Shown here in pieces: positions 1-9,526 of a DNA stretch of 64,000 nucleotides. The DNA comes from an uncultured virus (IMG/VR IMGVR_UViG_3300029305_005063) (Duplodnaviria; Heunggongvirae; Uroviricota; Caudoviricetes): the IMG/VR virus record IMGVR_UViG_3300029305_005063; one strand, 5' to 3'. The notes under the pieces are model-generated. The model was not told the origin of the DNA. It searched no databases and was given only the letters and a program-made list of their open reading frames with translations. A program made the translations under genes and the position numbers. Position 1 is the first letter of the stretch. Every line of letters begins with the position of its first letter.

Positions 1-1
1 A

Positions 2-769
2 AAGGAGATCCTTGTCAGCAACAGTCGTGCTGTCAAGACCCTGTGCGAATTCATGGCATACTTCGAATTGATGGAGCGCGAGACTGTCTTCAGTCATGCC
101 ATACTGCTCCAGGGCGGACTTCTCAATATTGACGAGAAAGAGGCCTTCACTTCGGCTGGTGGTACCGAGCTCATGCTCGCCCACTACATCCGTTTCATGT
201 ACAAGGACAATGTGCAGTCGATCCCGGCGAGAGGCATCTCGATCAGCGTGATTATCGAGTCTGCTGCCCAGACTGAGAAGGTGGTCAAGGCAGACATCAG
301 CAACATCACGAATCGCATCGCGGTGGCTACGACCAAGGCTCGTGTAGCGGCGTTCAATGTCGTCGCTCACAATTACCTTGCCAACAAGGTCGAACGTGAA
401 CATCCGGACGATCCGCAGCTCAAGAAAGCTACGATCACGAGTGGTTACGAAGAGACCCTTGGCAGCAAGATCGCCTCGCGCATCCTTCATCACGACATTG
501 CCTTCGTCGATGCAGCTCTCATGCTCATCGTTGAAGCGGATTACAGTGGTACGTTCGTTGAGCAGATGTACAATCAGCTCGGAACTGCCTACTTGGCTAA
601 GGCCAAGGATGCTGAGGGAAGCGTCTCTGATCTCGACCTTAAGGTTGCAGAGATGTCTGTCGTCGCTCGCATGGTCAGTGACTTCGTTGTTGAGCATCTG
701 GTCGAAGCGTGTCCTAATGACAAGGACATGACGATCAAGGCTCCGGTGGTCCCTGAGTCTGCTGAGTGA
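2..769 (+). CDS. hypothetical phage protein, 5'-truncated
   Basis: Frame of track ORF 53..769 stays open to the window edge (KEILVSNSRAVKTLCEFM...); phage-like codon usage. Confidence 0.7.
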   Translation, partial: KEILVSNSRAVKTLCEFMAYFELMERETVFSHAILLQGGLLNIDEKEAFTSAGGTELMLAHYIRFMYKDNVQSIPARGISISVIIESAAQTEKVVKADISNITNRIAVATTKARVAAFNVVAHNYLANKVEREHPDDPQLKKATITSGYEETLGSKIASRILHHDIAFVDAALMLIVEADYSGTFVEQMYNQLGTAYLAKAKDAEGSVSDLDLKVAEMSVVARMVSDFVVEHLVEACPNDKDMTIKAPVVPESAE

Positions 770-852
770 GTATCTTTCAATGCACGGACAACGTCACCTC
801 CTCCTACGGGGGGGGGTGACTTGTCTAGCATTTTTCTATGAAAGGTGAAACA

Positions 853-1329
853 ATGAAGACTTTAACTTTGCTCAAACAGCTGTTCGTGCTCGCGCTCATC
901 AGCGGCATGATCGCAGGATGCTGCATAGGCTCCCGCAATCTAGTGAAAGAAACACACGTGCTGACATCAGGCTATAACGTGTGCTACACCAATGGTGAGA
1001 AAGTAGTTTCCACCATCTGGCACTACAAGGATGGAACAGCGAAAACCAACTACTGCGATAAATCCATCTACTATACGACTTCGTATGTCGGTGGACCGTG
1101 GAGTGGTTCTTTTCTCTATCCTGCCACAAGGCAGACGCTCAACGCTCTGTCCTTGTATTCGTATTCTTCAGCTGCATCTGGGGATTACATGCTTGGCCTT
1201 CCGACACTGTGCGTTTATCCGATAGTTTTGGTTGAACTGCCTATTCAGTTTTGCTTGGACACAGTGCTTCTACCGTTTGATATAATCAACCAACCCAATC
1301 CGCCTGACGGATATGTCAGGAGAAAGTAA
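853..1329 (+). CDS. lipoprotein, YceK/YidQ-like C-terminus
   Basis: Signal peptide with lipobox IAGC; C-terminal VELPIQFCLDTVLLPFD resembles the YceK/YidQ DxPxSxxxDTLLLPxD motif. Confidence 0.6.
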   Translation: MKTLTLLKQLFVLALISGMIAGCCIGSRNLVKETHVLTSGYNVCYTNGEKVVSTIWHYKDGTAKTNYCDKSIYYTTSYVGGPWSGSFLYPATRQTLNALSLYSYSSAASGDYMLGLPTLCVYPIVLVELPIQFCLDTVLLPFDIINQPNPPDGYVRRK

Positions 1330-1337
1330 GTTTACAT

Positions 1338-2285
1338 ATGGCAGTCAAGTTAATGCTGCACGATGAAGCGGATGCATCGAGAGTGATGCCGAGCCGTTTC
1401 GCTATGGCCGACACGTATGAGGTGGCTGCGCAGGAAGGTCTTCTTGCGTGGATCAAAGATGTAGGTGACAGGATCAAAGCGAACCTGTCTAAGACGATCA
1501 AGTACAAGCACTGTGATCTGCTTCTCCAGGCTATCCGCGATGTGCATGACTTCGACTACGAAGACATGAAAGATCGTGAAGCCGGTCATCCGCTTTACAG
1601 CAAGAAGCAGGTTGACGAGTATGTCGCGTCTATCAAGCCTGCTGCATCTGAGATCAAGTCCAAACTCATTCCGTTCTTCAAGAAGGCGTTGTCCTGTTCT
1701 GCTAAGGACATTGAAGAGTTCTACAACAAGCAGGACTTCTCCAAGAAGAGCACGAAGAATGCGTTCGAGATGAACGACCGTGCAGCGTTCGATCTTTGGA
1801 AGAAGATCCGTGATACGGACAGTGATCCTCTCCGTAAGCTTATGCGCTACGGCTTCGACTACTGGTTCTACAAGCACCAGAACGTCAAGGACGATTGGAT
1901 CGACCTCAAGCGTACCTACACCGCCAACAAGAAGTACGGCGCTCTTGGCTATGACAAGCCTGCTGACTTCAAGACTCTTCTTGAGCTCATCATCGCTGAG
2001 CGAGATGTTGACAAGTCTCCGATCTTCGGCGACATGTACAAAGCAGCATGGGAGCTCGACAAGTTGGTGTTCGATCTGCTCGAGAAGAAGATCCGTGGCA
2101 AACGCTATTCTGATCTTCCAGTCGGTCTGTACAATCTGTACATGATCGTCAACGCTGGTGTGTTCTATACGGTTTACTCACAGGACAAGGCTTACTGGGT
2201 GCCTGCTATGCCCATGAACTGCGATTCCGCAGTCGGATATATCGTCAGGCGTCTGGCTCGAGTCCTCGATGTGAAACTCGATTAA
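1338..2285 (+). CDS. putative virion internal-head family protein
   Basis: N-term MAVKLML, then AQE|G processing-like motif followed by an amphipathic helix (LLAWIKDVGDRIK). Confidence 0.55.
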   Translation: MAVKLMLHDEADASRVMPSRFAMADTYEVAAQEGLLAWIKDVGDRIKANLSKTIKYKHCDLLLQAIRDVHDFDYEDMKDREAGHPLYSKKQVDEYVASIKPAASEIKSKLIPFFKKALSCSAKDIEEFYNKQDFSKKSTKNAFEMNDRAAFDLWKKIRDTDSDPLRKLMRYGFDYWFYKHQNVKDDWIDLKRTYTANKKYGALGYDKPADFKTLLELIIAERDVDKSPIFGDMYKAAWELDKLVFDLLEKKIRGKRYSDLPVGLYNLYMIVNAGVFYTVYSQDKAYWVPAMPMNCDSAVGYIVRRLARVLDVKLD

Positions 2286-2292
2286 AGATAGA

Positions 2293-2337
2293 CCAGGGAG
2301 GGCGTTAGTCGCCTTCCCTGGCCTTCTTCCTTTTTAT
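2293..2337 (+). terminator. intrinsic terminator
   Basis: CCAGGGAGGGCG/CGCCTTCCCTGG hairpin followed by T-rich tail. Confidence 0.75.
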
Positions 2338-2386
2338 TCCGCCATGCTATGTTGGACAAACTACGTGTACACTAGAACGGAGGGAC

Positions 2387-2485
2387 ATGAAAACGTGGAA
2401 ACGCAGGTTGCTGTCCAAGCTCTTCCTCTATCTCGAGATCTTTAAGCTTCTTCTGTCTGGAGAAGGGGAGGAGACGGATACATAA
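2387..2485 (+). CDS. small peptide (32 aa, MKTWKRRLLSKLFLYLEIFKLLLSGEGEETDT)
   Basis: GGAGG SD, upstream CATGCTATG late-like motif, downstream hairpin+T terminator at ~2502-2542. Confidence 0.4.
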   Translation: MKTWKRRLLSKLFLYLEIFKLLLSGEGEETDT

Positions 2486-2631
2486 AAGGTTAACTTGTTG
2501 ACTCCCTAGCCTGCGGCTCCGTGCCGTAGGCTGGGAGTTTTTAAGAGATTCCATGTACTTCTGTACACGCCATCCTATGGGATTTCGCGGAAATCCAAAA
2601 CGTCAACCCGATAGCCATTAAGGAGGTTATC

Positions 2632-3411
2632 ATGAACAAACTAGGTAGATACGCGGCACGTTGTGCTGCGTTCTTGACGATATTCCTTGGCATGACGGTG
2701 GCCAACGTGTGCCATGCAGGATATCTATTCTCAGAGGATCCGACAGTAGTAGGTGTCGACGGATTCAAGTTCCGTATGGCTCTCAAGGTTCCTCGCATCT
2801 ACGACAACAACTCCTCCAAGGGGTATCGTAAATACCAGGCTCAGAAGCTCGAAGGTGAGATGTATCTCATCTACCGCAACGGAGAAACCCCTGAAGTAGT
2901 CATCACCAATCTGGTAAATAAGACTCAGAAGATGAGCAATGGTGCACAGATTAAGTATAGCTGCACTATTGATCCTGAGAAAGTGTATCCGGTGGTGAAC
3001 TACATCGGTAACAACAAGACCGGGAAGTTCAATGTCGGTTCAATCGTATTCTATCTCGATGCTGATCCCAACTACAACAAGGGTGAAGATGATCCCGACA
3101 ATAGTCTGCTCGTAACCATATCTGGTAAGTCGACGACTACCAAGTGCTACATGTCTGAGTGGCTTGGTAAGGCATACAAGTATCTTGGATGGTATTACGA
3201 GTACAGGACGTTCTCTGGTTATGTTGCAGGAACGCTTGGTTGCGGATGCTATGCCTACGGGCATACATCTCCTACCAGGGTCGCTGGAGCTTGTGGCCCT
3301 ACCAGGACGGTATCTGATGTGGCAGCTGTCTGGGGAACCTGGAAAGCTACGCACAAAGCCGCCTGGAGTTGGAGAAGCTGCAACTTCTATGAAGGTTGCT
3401 GTGGTGATTAA
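2632..3411 (+). CDS. secreted / outer-membrane-like protein
   Basis: AAGGAGG SD; Sec signal ending CHA|G; beta-rich, Cys-rich C-terminus. Confidence 0.65.
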   Translation: MNKLGRYAARCAAFLTIFLGMTVANVCHAGYLFSEDPTVVGVDGFKFRMALKVPRIYDNNSSKGYRKYQAQKLEGEMYLIYRNGETPEVVITNLVNKTQKMSNGAQIKYSCTIDPEKVYPVVNYIGNNKTGKFNVGSIVFYLDADPNYNKGEDDPDNSLLVTISGKSTTTKCYMSEWLGKAYKYLGWYYEYRTFSGYVAGTLGCGCYAYGHTSPTRVAGACGPTRTVSDVAAVWGTWKATHKAAWSWRSCNFYEGCCGD

Positions 3412-3546
3412 GACATGGACGCGTAAGGGTGTGGATGAGATCCACACCCTTACGTTTCCTTATTTGTGATGGACTGGTCAGAGACGGTCATTTAAGAGTT
3501 CGTTTGAGAACAACCTGCCCAGAAACTAACGAGAATATTCCTGGAA

Positions 3547-4197
3547 TCAGGTTGAACCTGCAATGAACGTCTGTTTGATAAGATTCTTCTTTGTGAGACT
3601 TTTGAGGACTTCTCGACGATGCTTGTCGTAGTCGCTGAGAGAACCATAAGCCTTATGCCAAGATGTCACAGAATCCCTCCCTATATCAACAATTTCTCCA
3701 GGATGTATAGTGGAAGCCCACTTATCCGGGGTAGGGAACATTTTGGGACAGAACTGCATCAAGAAGGATCTAGCCATCAGACGAAATGGAACTGCGTGTA
3801 AGAACATCCTCTCTCCATTGTTGTTCAAGCAGGAAAGAGAGATCGTTCTCGGGCCGTTCTTGTTGATGATTTCATGCACATCGAACATGTCGTCATCATC
3901 GAAGTCCTCTGTTAATGCGAGTATGCACAACGGAGCCGCATTCTGTCGGAATCCAACGATAAGGTTCCTAAGAGAGACTGGTTTCCCTTTTACGTTGATG
4001 TATCTTGCAGGTTCCGGTACGAACTCATCGAACTTCTGAAGCCATTCAGATAGATCGTAGAAGTTGAAGTCGTTCAGAGCAGAGTAGATGTCTAGCCACG
4101 TATGCAACGCTTTCTCAGCTCTGATGAGTTGGTTACTGATGTTAGCCACATCAGCATACGCATTCAGGAATTGGATGTAGATGTGTTGTGGTAACAT
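3547..4197 (-). CDS. hypothetical protein
   Basis: 216 aa ORF with GAGGT SD. Confidence 0.6.
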   Translation of the reverse strand: MLPQHIYIQFLNAYADVANISNQLIRAEKALHTWLDIYSALNDFNFYDLSEWLQKFDEFVPEPARYINVKGKPVSLRNLIVGFRQNAAPLCILALTEDFDDDDMFDVHEIINKNGPRTISLSCLNNNGERMFLHAVPFRLMARSFLMQFCPKMFPTPDKWASTIHPGEIVDIGRDSVTSWHKAYGSLSDYDKHRREVLKSLTKKNLIKQTFIAGST

Positions 4198-4293
4198 TGT
4201 GAAACACCTCTTTACTAGTCAAGCTATAAGGTAGATTAGTAAAGTTCAATTTTATGACTTCTTTTATTTTGTCTCAGAAATAGGAGGTGTACT

Positions 4294-4419
4294 ATGCGTG
4301 CGTTATGTATAGCGCTGTCAGTAAGCATACTGCTCGTTTTCGCAGGATGCACATCGTCGTCGGATAAAGTGACTATCGATCACGATCCGCTTCCCAACAT
4401 GACTCCCTGGTGGAAGTAA
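4294..4419 (+). CDS. small lipoprotein (41 aa)
   Basis: AGGAGG SD; MRALCIALSVSILLVFAG|C lipobox; not in ORF track. Confidence 0.65.
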   Translation: MRALCIALSVSILLVFAGCTSSSDKVTIDHDPLPNMTPWWK

Positions 4420-4430
4420 GGAGGTAACCA

Positions 4431-5168
4431 ATGTGGGAAAGTATTAAATCCTGGTTCGGATCTGGAAGCACTTCAAGAGCTAACGACTATCGTCGTCACA
4501 AGCTTGCATTGCTCAAGCCGAAGAACCTCAACAAGTTCCCTCTGTTCAGAGCTTCTCCTGAAGGATTCACGGCTCCAAGGACTGTAGACCTCAGAGACTA
4601 CTGCCCTCCGACAGAGAACCAGAAAGACACACCTTGGTGTGCTGCATTCTCAACTTCTCACTGGATGTCCAACATCAAGTGGAGGATAACTGATAGGTTG
4701 CCTCTCTACAATGCTGAAGACATCTACAAAAAAGCCAAACAGATTGATGGATTTCCGGATCAGGACGGAACTACTCTAACTGCTACTTTACAGGTAGTCA
4801 GGGATGAGATGAAGATGTTCGATCCTAGCTGTGAGATCCAGACGTTCTACGGTCCGGATGGAGTTGAATCCATCAAGTACGCTATCCACAAATTCGGATG
4901 CTGTTTGCTCGGATTCCTCATCACTCAAGAATGGTACAACGTCACCTTCGATAACTCCGAGATTAAAGGAATCGATTCTCCGATACTTGGTGGGCATGCA
5001 GTACTTGCATGTGGCTACAACAAGTTCGGTGTTATCATCCAGAACTCCTGGGGTGAAGGTTGGGGTGAGTACGGTTACGCCATCGTGTCGTGGGATGCAG
5101 TCAGGAAGTATCTCCAGTATGGAGCTGTCCTCACTAGATCCCTCGATGGTCTTGCTCTTCCTAAATGA
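4431..5168 (+). CDS. papain-like cysteine peptidase (C1A family)
   Basis: VDLR, NQ..xxCAAF (catalytic Cys), GGHAV (His), QNSWGEGWGEYGY (Asn) motifs. Confidence 0.9.
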   Translation: MWESIKSWFGSGSTSRANDYRRHKLALLKPKNLNKFPLFRASPEGFTAPRTVDLRDYCPPTENQKDTPWCAAFSTSHWMSNIKWRITDRLPLYNAEDIYKKAKQIDGFPDQDGTTLTATLQVVRDEMKMFDPSCEIQTFYGPDGVESIKYAIHKFGCCLLGFLITQEWYNVTFDNSEIKGIDSPILGGHAVLACGYNKFGVIIQNSWGEGWGEYGYAIVSWDAVRKYLQYGAVLTRSLDGLALPK

Positions 5169-5219
5169 AATAAGTTACATACTCGAGTACGCCGTCATTA
5201 GGCGTACTCGAGTGTGCAC

Positions 5220-5756
5220 TTAAGATCCAGATCCGCTGAAAAGGTTACATACCCAATCCCAAAGCATCTTAGCGTGATCTCCTGTTACAATCCAGACGAC
5301 TGCACCTGCAAGGATCGTGAATGCCCAGGAGATCTTGCCGTGGAAGGTAGCGTGTTCATCACTCGCCACCTGCAGAGCATCGATCTCCTTACGAGCATCC
5401 TTCCAGGCTTTGTCAGCCTTCTTGATGTACTTGCTAAGTTCGCTAAGATTACGTTTGTTGATGGAGATGCTGTTGCCATGACTCCATAGCTGCTGATCCT
5501 GTTCAGCCAACTTGTTGTTGATCTCCACAAGCATTCCGATGATGCTCTTGATGTTGTCCATCGCAGTGTCAATGAGTACTGCTACCCTGATGATCTGCGT
5601 GTTCTGTTTGTCATCATTTGCATCACTTCTGTTACCAAGCAAGTTAAGCTGGTTCTGGAGATCGGTACATTTGGCTTCAAGGTCGAGCTTGACTTTCTCT
5701 ATCTTGGCAGAAAGACCCTGTGGAGTAAGATCGGCTTCGTCAATCTCGTTGGCCAT
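5220..5756 (-). CDS. coiled-coil protein with C-terminal TM helix (holin-like architecture)
   Basis: Long heptad region plus WAFTILAGAVVWIV segment. Confidence 0.5.
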   Translation of the reverse strand: MANEIDEADLTPQGLSAKIEKVKLDLEAKCTDLQNQLNLLGNRSDANDDKQNTQIIRVAVLIDTAMDNIKSIIGMLVEINNKLAEQDQQLWSHGNSISINKRNLSELSKYIKKADKAWKDARKEIDALQVASDEHATFHGKISWAFTILAGAVVWIVTGDHAKMLWDWVCNLFSGSGS

Positions 5757-5777
5757 CTCGAACTCCCATTTTCATCA

Positions 5778-6650
5778 TCACTTGCACGTATCGTACAAGT
5801 GGTTGGCTGTGAGGATGTAGTTGTGCTCGATAGTCATCTGACGAGTAGCTGCCATACCGTAAGCATCAACGATGAGGGCCACCTGTTTGGCAGTCTCTCC
5901 GAGATTCTTGAGATCCTTCTGAGTGAGGACAGTATCAACGGATTCAGCCTGCTTGGCTATCTCACGAAGAGTACCTTCCATCGACCCGATGATCTCACTT
6001 ATTGCTCTAACATCCTGAAGACGAGACTCGTTCTCAATAAGAGTCTTGCGAACCTCAACCCACTCTTGGTTGGTGAGGAACACATCCTGGTAAGCTTTCT
6101 TGTAGCTGAACTTGCCGTTGAACTGCTCTAGAGCGAAGTTGATGGCAGGAAGAGCTTGCTTGCCGATGCGAGTGAAGATGGTGCAAGTAGATTCGATCTG
6201 CTTGGCAACATTCTTGTCACCTTGCATAAGAGCAAGAAGAGTTTCCCTGAACGAAGTATCGCTGAGCTTCACCGAGTTCATAGCACTGAGCTTGGTGTAC
6301 ACCTGAACGAGAGCGCTGACAGCAGTCTTGTACGTTCCCTTCATGTTCGCAGGAACGTCCACATCAACATCGATGCGCTTCTCATACGGGATGCCGTCGA
6401 TGGTACGCATCTTGATCGTGTTGCTCTGAGTGAACTCGTTGATCTCAGAACGCTTGATGGACTTCGTGCAGTTGATGAGGTTGCTAACACCTGTCTTGAG
6501 AACACCTGCAAGGCTATCGACTATGCTCACGAACATGCGTCCGATGATGTTCGAATTAAGCCCCTCAAGGCTGCCGTATTGGTCTACCCCTTCTGCGAGG
6601 ATCGCATCGATCTTCTCGCAGGTTTGAGTATAGAGTTTAAGCTGTTTCAT
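5778..6650 (-). CDS. putative virion structural protein (phiKZ-like)
   Basis: MKQLKL N-term, SLE|G motif, late TATG motif at 6679-6686. Confidence 0.55.
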   Translation of the reverse strand: MKQLKLYTQTCEKIDAILAEGVDQYGSLEGLNSNIIGRMFVSIVDSLAGVLKTGVSNLINCTKSIKRSEINEFTQSNTIKMRTIDGIPYEKRIDVDVDVPANMKGTYKTAVSALVQVYTKLSAMNSVKLSDTSFRETLLALMQGDKNVAKQIESTCTIFTRIGKQALPAINFALEQFNGKFSYKKAYQDVFLTNQEWVEVRKTLIENESRLQDVRAISEIIGSMEGTLREIAKQAESVDTVLTQKDLKNLGETAKQVALIVDAYGMAATRQMTIEHNYILTANHLYDTCK

Positions 6651-6736
6651 CGTTGAATTTCCTTAATAAAATCGAACTCATAAGATAGACCAGCCCCTGA
6701 CGACACGAGGCCGTCAGGAGCGAGTCTACCAACTGG

Positions 6737-7225
6737 TTATTTGCCGGCGGGAAGTTCAGGAAGTGCAGCAGTAGTCGTCTGCACCTCGAGCAACTTCTTG
6801 CCTTGGATACTGTTCTTCAGACATGTGTAAACAAGCTGCAGAAGAGTCTCACGAATGTTCGTGTCGATCTCGCTGCACTTGATGTACTTGCCTGTTGCTA
6901 TGCAGATCTGACCAGCCTTGAAGATAGCCATGGCCGCAAGCCATGCGGCGTTACCTTTAAGACCAGCTTTAGCTGCAGCAACGATTGCCAGCTTGGCAAG
7001 GTTCTGGTTCTCAGAGTTGTTGATGATGAATACAACAGTCTCTTTAACACCGTAGAACACGATCTGAACAATCGGCTTAATGAAAGTCCAGACGTATTTT
7101 GCGATCTTCTTGTACCAAGGTTCCTTGCGAAGTTCTTCTTGCTGTTCCTCGGCCAATGCAGTGATAGCTTGCTGCTTGGCGACTTCCAGCTGTTCCGGTG
7201 TAAGAGTTGTTTCTTCGTCCATCAC
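6737..7225 (-). CDS. hypothetical membrane-associated protein
   Basis: 162 aa, amphipathic/hydrophobic helices, AAGGAG SD. Confidence 0.6.
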   Translation of the reverse strand: MMDEETTLTPEQLEVAKQQAITALAEEQQEELRKEPWYKKIAKYVWTFIKPIVQIVFYGVKETVVFIINNSENQNLAKLAIVAAAKAGLKGNAAWLAAMAIFKAGQICIATGKYIKCSEIDTNIRETLLQLVYTCLKNSIQGKKLLEVQTTTAALPELPAGK

Positions 7226-7228
7226 TGG

Positions 7229-7615
7229 TTACTCCTTGAATCTTGCTGTGAAATACGGTGACAGGTAGAAGTCTCCATAACCAGGAACGATACCATCGGA
7301 GTAAAACTCCAGAAGAGTACCGTGCTCATAAGTCATGTAAGACTCGACCAGGTGATGCTTCACACTCAGACAACGAATCGTCTGTTCCAGGTTCGCTAGA
7401 AGCGCATCTATTTCGGTACAATGCGCGTTCTTCTTGATGACCAACTGGTTCTCAATGAACGCTCTCAGAGTACCGTCTTCATCACGTTCGACGGGGTTGT
7501 CTTTGAACGCCAGGTCATCGTTGATCAGGTTATCGTCAGGAAAAAGAGCCCGGACCGTATCCGCCAGCTCTATCATGAATGCCCGGACGAACCCTGCTTT
7601 TTCATCGTCTCTCAT
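7229..7615 (-). CDS. hypothetical protein
   Basis: 128 aa ORF, AGGAGG SD. Confidence 0.6.
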   Translation of the reverse strand: MRDDEKAGFVRAFMIELADTVRALFPDDNLINDDLAFKDNPVERDEDGTLRAFIENQLVIKKNAHCTEIDALLANLEQTIRCLSVKHHLVESYMTYEHGTLLEFYSDGIVPGYGDFYLSPYFTARFKE

Positions 7616-7693
7616 AACGAGGGTCCTCCTTCAGAGTACTAATTGTACCCCTACAAAAGATGGTGCTGAAAAAGCAGAGTTGCCCTAGGAAAA

Positions 7694-8284
7694 TCAAGGA
7701 CGATGATTCTTCTTGAACCATATCTTCCTGAACGTATCGTTGACCTTCAGCTGCATGTGAGATAGCTGCGAGAACTGATGACGAAACTTGTCATCGATCA
7801 TCAGAGCGATGCCTTTTTTGCCACGTGCTTCAAGTGACTTCGCAGTCTTCTGAAGAGTCTTCTGCATGGATGCCATCAGGTCATACTGACGGAAGCATTC
7901 GTGGAAATCGTAGAGCTGCGCTGGGAAGAGATCGCAGCGGTGTTCCCAGTGACCAGCTTTCGGATCCTTCTCAGTAGGCTCGCTTCTCCAGAATGCGACC
8001 CCGAGACGGCCATCCTTGACTATCTCCAAGCCTATGCCATCTGCAGGCTTCCCGTCAACACAAAGGTACTGCTTGAGCAGCTCCTTTTCACGCTCGATCT
8101 TCACATCCTTCGCATTGAAGTAAATCGGAACAGGACCCGCTTTAACGACTTCCTTCTTCTGCGGAGCAGGCTCTTCGGCGGGTTTGGTATCCGTAAGAGA
8201 GTTGGGGATGACAACCTTCGGAGGAGTCTTCTTCTCTTCTGCGACAGGTTGCTCTACCGCGGGTTCCGCTGTTGGTACGTGCAT
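7694..8284 (-). CDS. hypothetical protein with Pro/Glu-rich N-term
   Basis: Start moved to MHVPTAEP behind AAGGAG SD. Confidence 0.6.
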   Translation of the reverse strand: MHVPTAEPAVEQPVAEEKKTPPKVVIPNSLTDTKPAEEPAPQKKEVVKAGPVPIYFNAKDVKIEREKELLKQYLCVDGKPADGIGLEIVKDGRLGVAFWRSEPTEKDPKAGHWEHRCDLFPAQLYDFHECFRQYDLMASMQKTLQKTAKSLEARGKKGIALMIDDKFRHQFSQLSHMQLKVNDTFRKIWFKKNHRP

Positions 8285-8404
8285 AACTATTCTCCTTAAT
8301 GGGTTGACTATGTGTAAGATAGCGTGACAAGACAAAAAAGAAAGAACAGCAGAGGACGGTTGCCCGCCCCCTGCTGTGTGCTTTCAGAATGAGATAACCC
8401 AGAA

Positions 8405-9445
8405 TTACTTCTTGGGCTCTTCGTTCGTGTTCTCGACCTTGGTCTGCTTGGAGTCCTCGGTCGTAGCGGCCTTGAGAAGCTTGTCAAGAGCAGCGCCAGC
8501 CTTCATGATGAGCGAGTTCTCAATGCGGCAAGCCTTGAGAGCAGCGTCCATTGCGGCACGCTTCTTGTTGACCTCTTCCTTCTTCGCCGTAGCGGCTTCA
8601 CCCTCGAGCGAACCAGCCTTGCCGGCCTCGTCGATGAGGAGCTTCATCGCCTTGTCGATGCTCGTCGCGGCGTTCTGGATCTTCTTGTCCGTGGCCTGCG
8701 TCTTGTAGAGCGTACGCGCACGGCTGAGGTTCGCAGCCGAAGGAGCGAGCTCGGAGAGCTTGTGCTCGGTGGGCTTGGCGTCCATGAGCTTCTTCGCTTC
8801 CTCGTCGAACTTCGCGAACTCCGCCGGGATCGACTCGGCAGCACCGGTCTTGCGGCTGAACTCGTCGACCTTCGTCGCGATCTGACCCGCGAGCGTCACC
8901 ATCGCCTGGATCTGGCCGAGGTCGAGGGAGACGAGCGTCTTGTCCTTGTTGAAGGAGAGAGACTGCGAGATCTGGTAAGCGTCGAGGCGCTTGACCCAGC
9001 GAGCACGGTTCTGGAAGAGCGTTCCGAACCAGTTCTTGATCTTGACCCAGAGGTTCTTCAGGAAGGCGACGAACTTGTTCCAGTACTCCGCCATCTTGCC
9101 CTCGAGACCAGCGCTGTACGTGGCCGTCAGCTGCTTGACCTGATCTTCACCGAGCGACTCGAGACCAGCGACCGTGAGGCACTCCTGGCCGACGCACGCA
9201 GAGACTTCGCCTTCGCTGTTGAAGCTGGCGATGTACTGCTTCGTGAGACCGCCGGTCTTGATGCCCTTGGCGCACATTTCGAGGTTGGCGAGGACCGTGG
9301 ACACTTCCTCAACGTCCGCGCACGCGCTGTAGAGCGCCTCGCTGGCGTCCGAGAGAGCGTTGATCGACTCGACCAGTGCCTCCTCGCTGCAACCGACGGG
9401 CTGTTTGACAGCCGCCTGCACCGAGCTTGTGGACAATTTAAGCAT
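8405..9445 (-). CDS. phiKZ-like internal head protein
   Basis: MLKLS start; GLE|S and GLE|G motifs followed by YWNKFVAFLKNLWVKIKNWF amphipathic helix typical of this family; highly biased codons; late TATG motif 9490-9497. Confidence 0.75.
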   Translation of the reverse strand: MLKLSTSSVQAAVKQPVGCSEEALVESINALSDASEALYSACADVEEVSTVLANLEMCAKGIKTGGLTKQYIASFNSEGEVSACVGQECLTVAGLESLGEDQVKQLTATYSAGLEGKMAEYWNKFVAFLKNLWVKIKNWFGTLFQNRARWVKRLDAYQISQSLSFNKDKTLVSLDLGQIQAMVTLAGQIATKVDEFSRKTGAAESIPAEFAKFDEEAKKLMDAKPTEHKLSELAPSAANLSRARTLYKTQATDKKIQNAATSIDKAMKLLIDEAGKAGSLEGEAATAKKEEVNKKRAAMDAALKACRIENSLIMKAGAALDKLLKAATTEDSKQTKVENTNEEPKK

Positions 9446-9526
9446 GGTTGTATACCTTACTTTCTGTCTTGAGGTTAACACAAACAATTCATAACATAGT
9501 AAGATTATTAGGTTAATTTACAGGTA

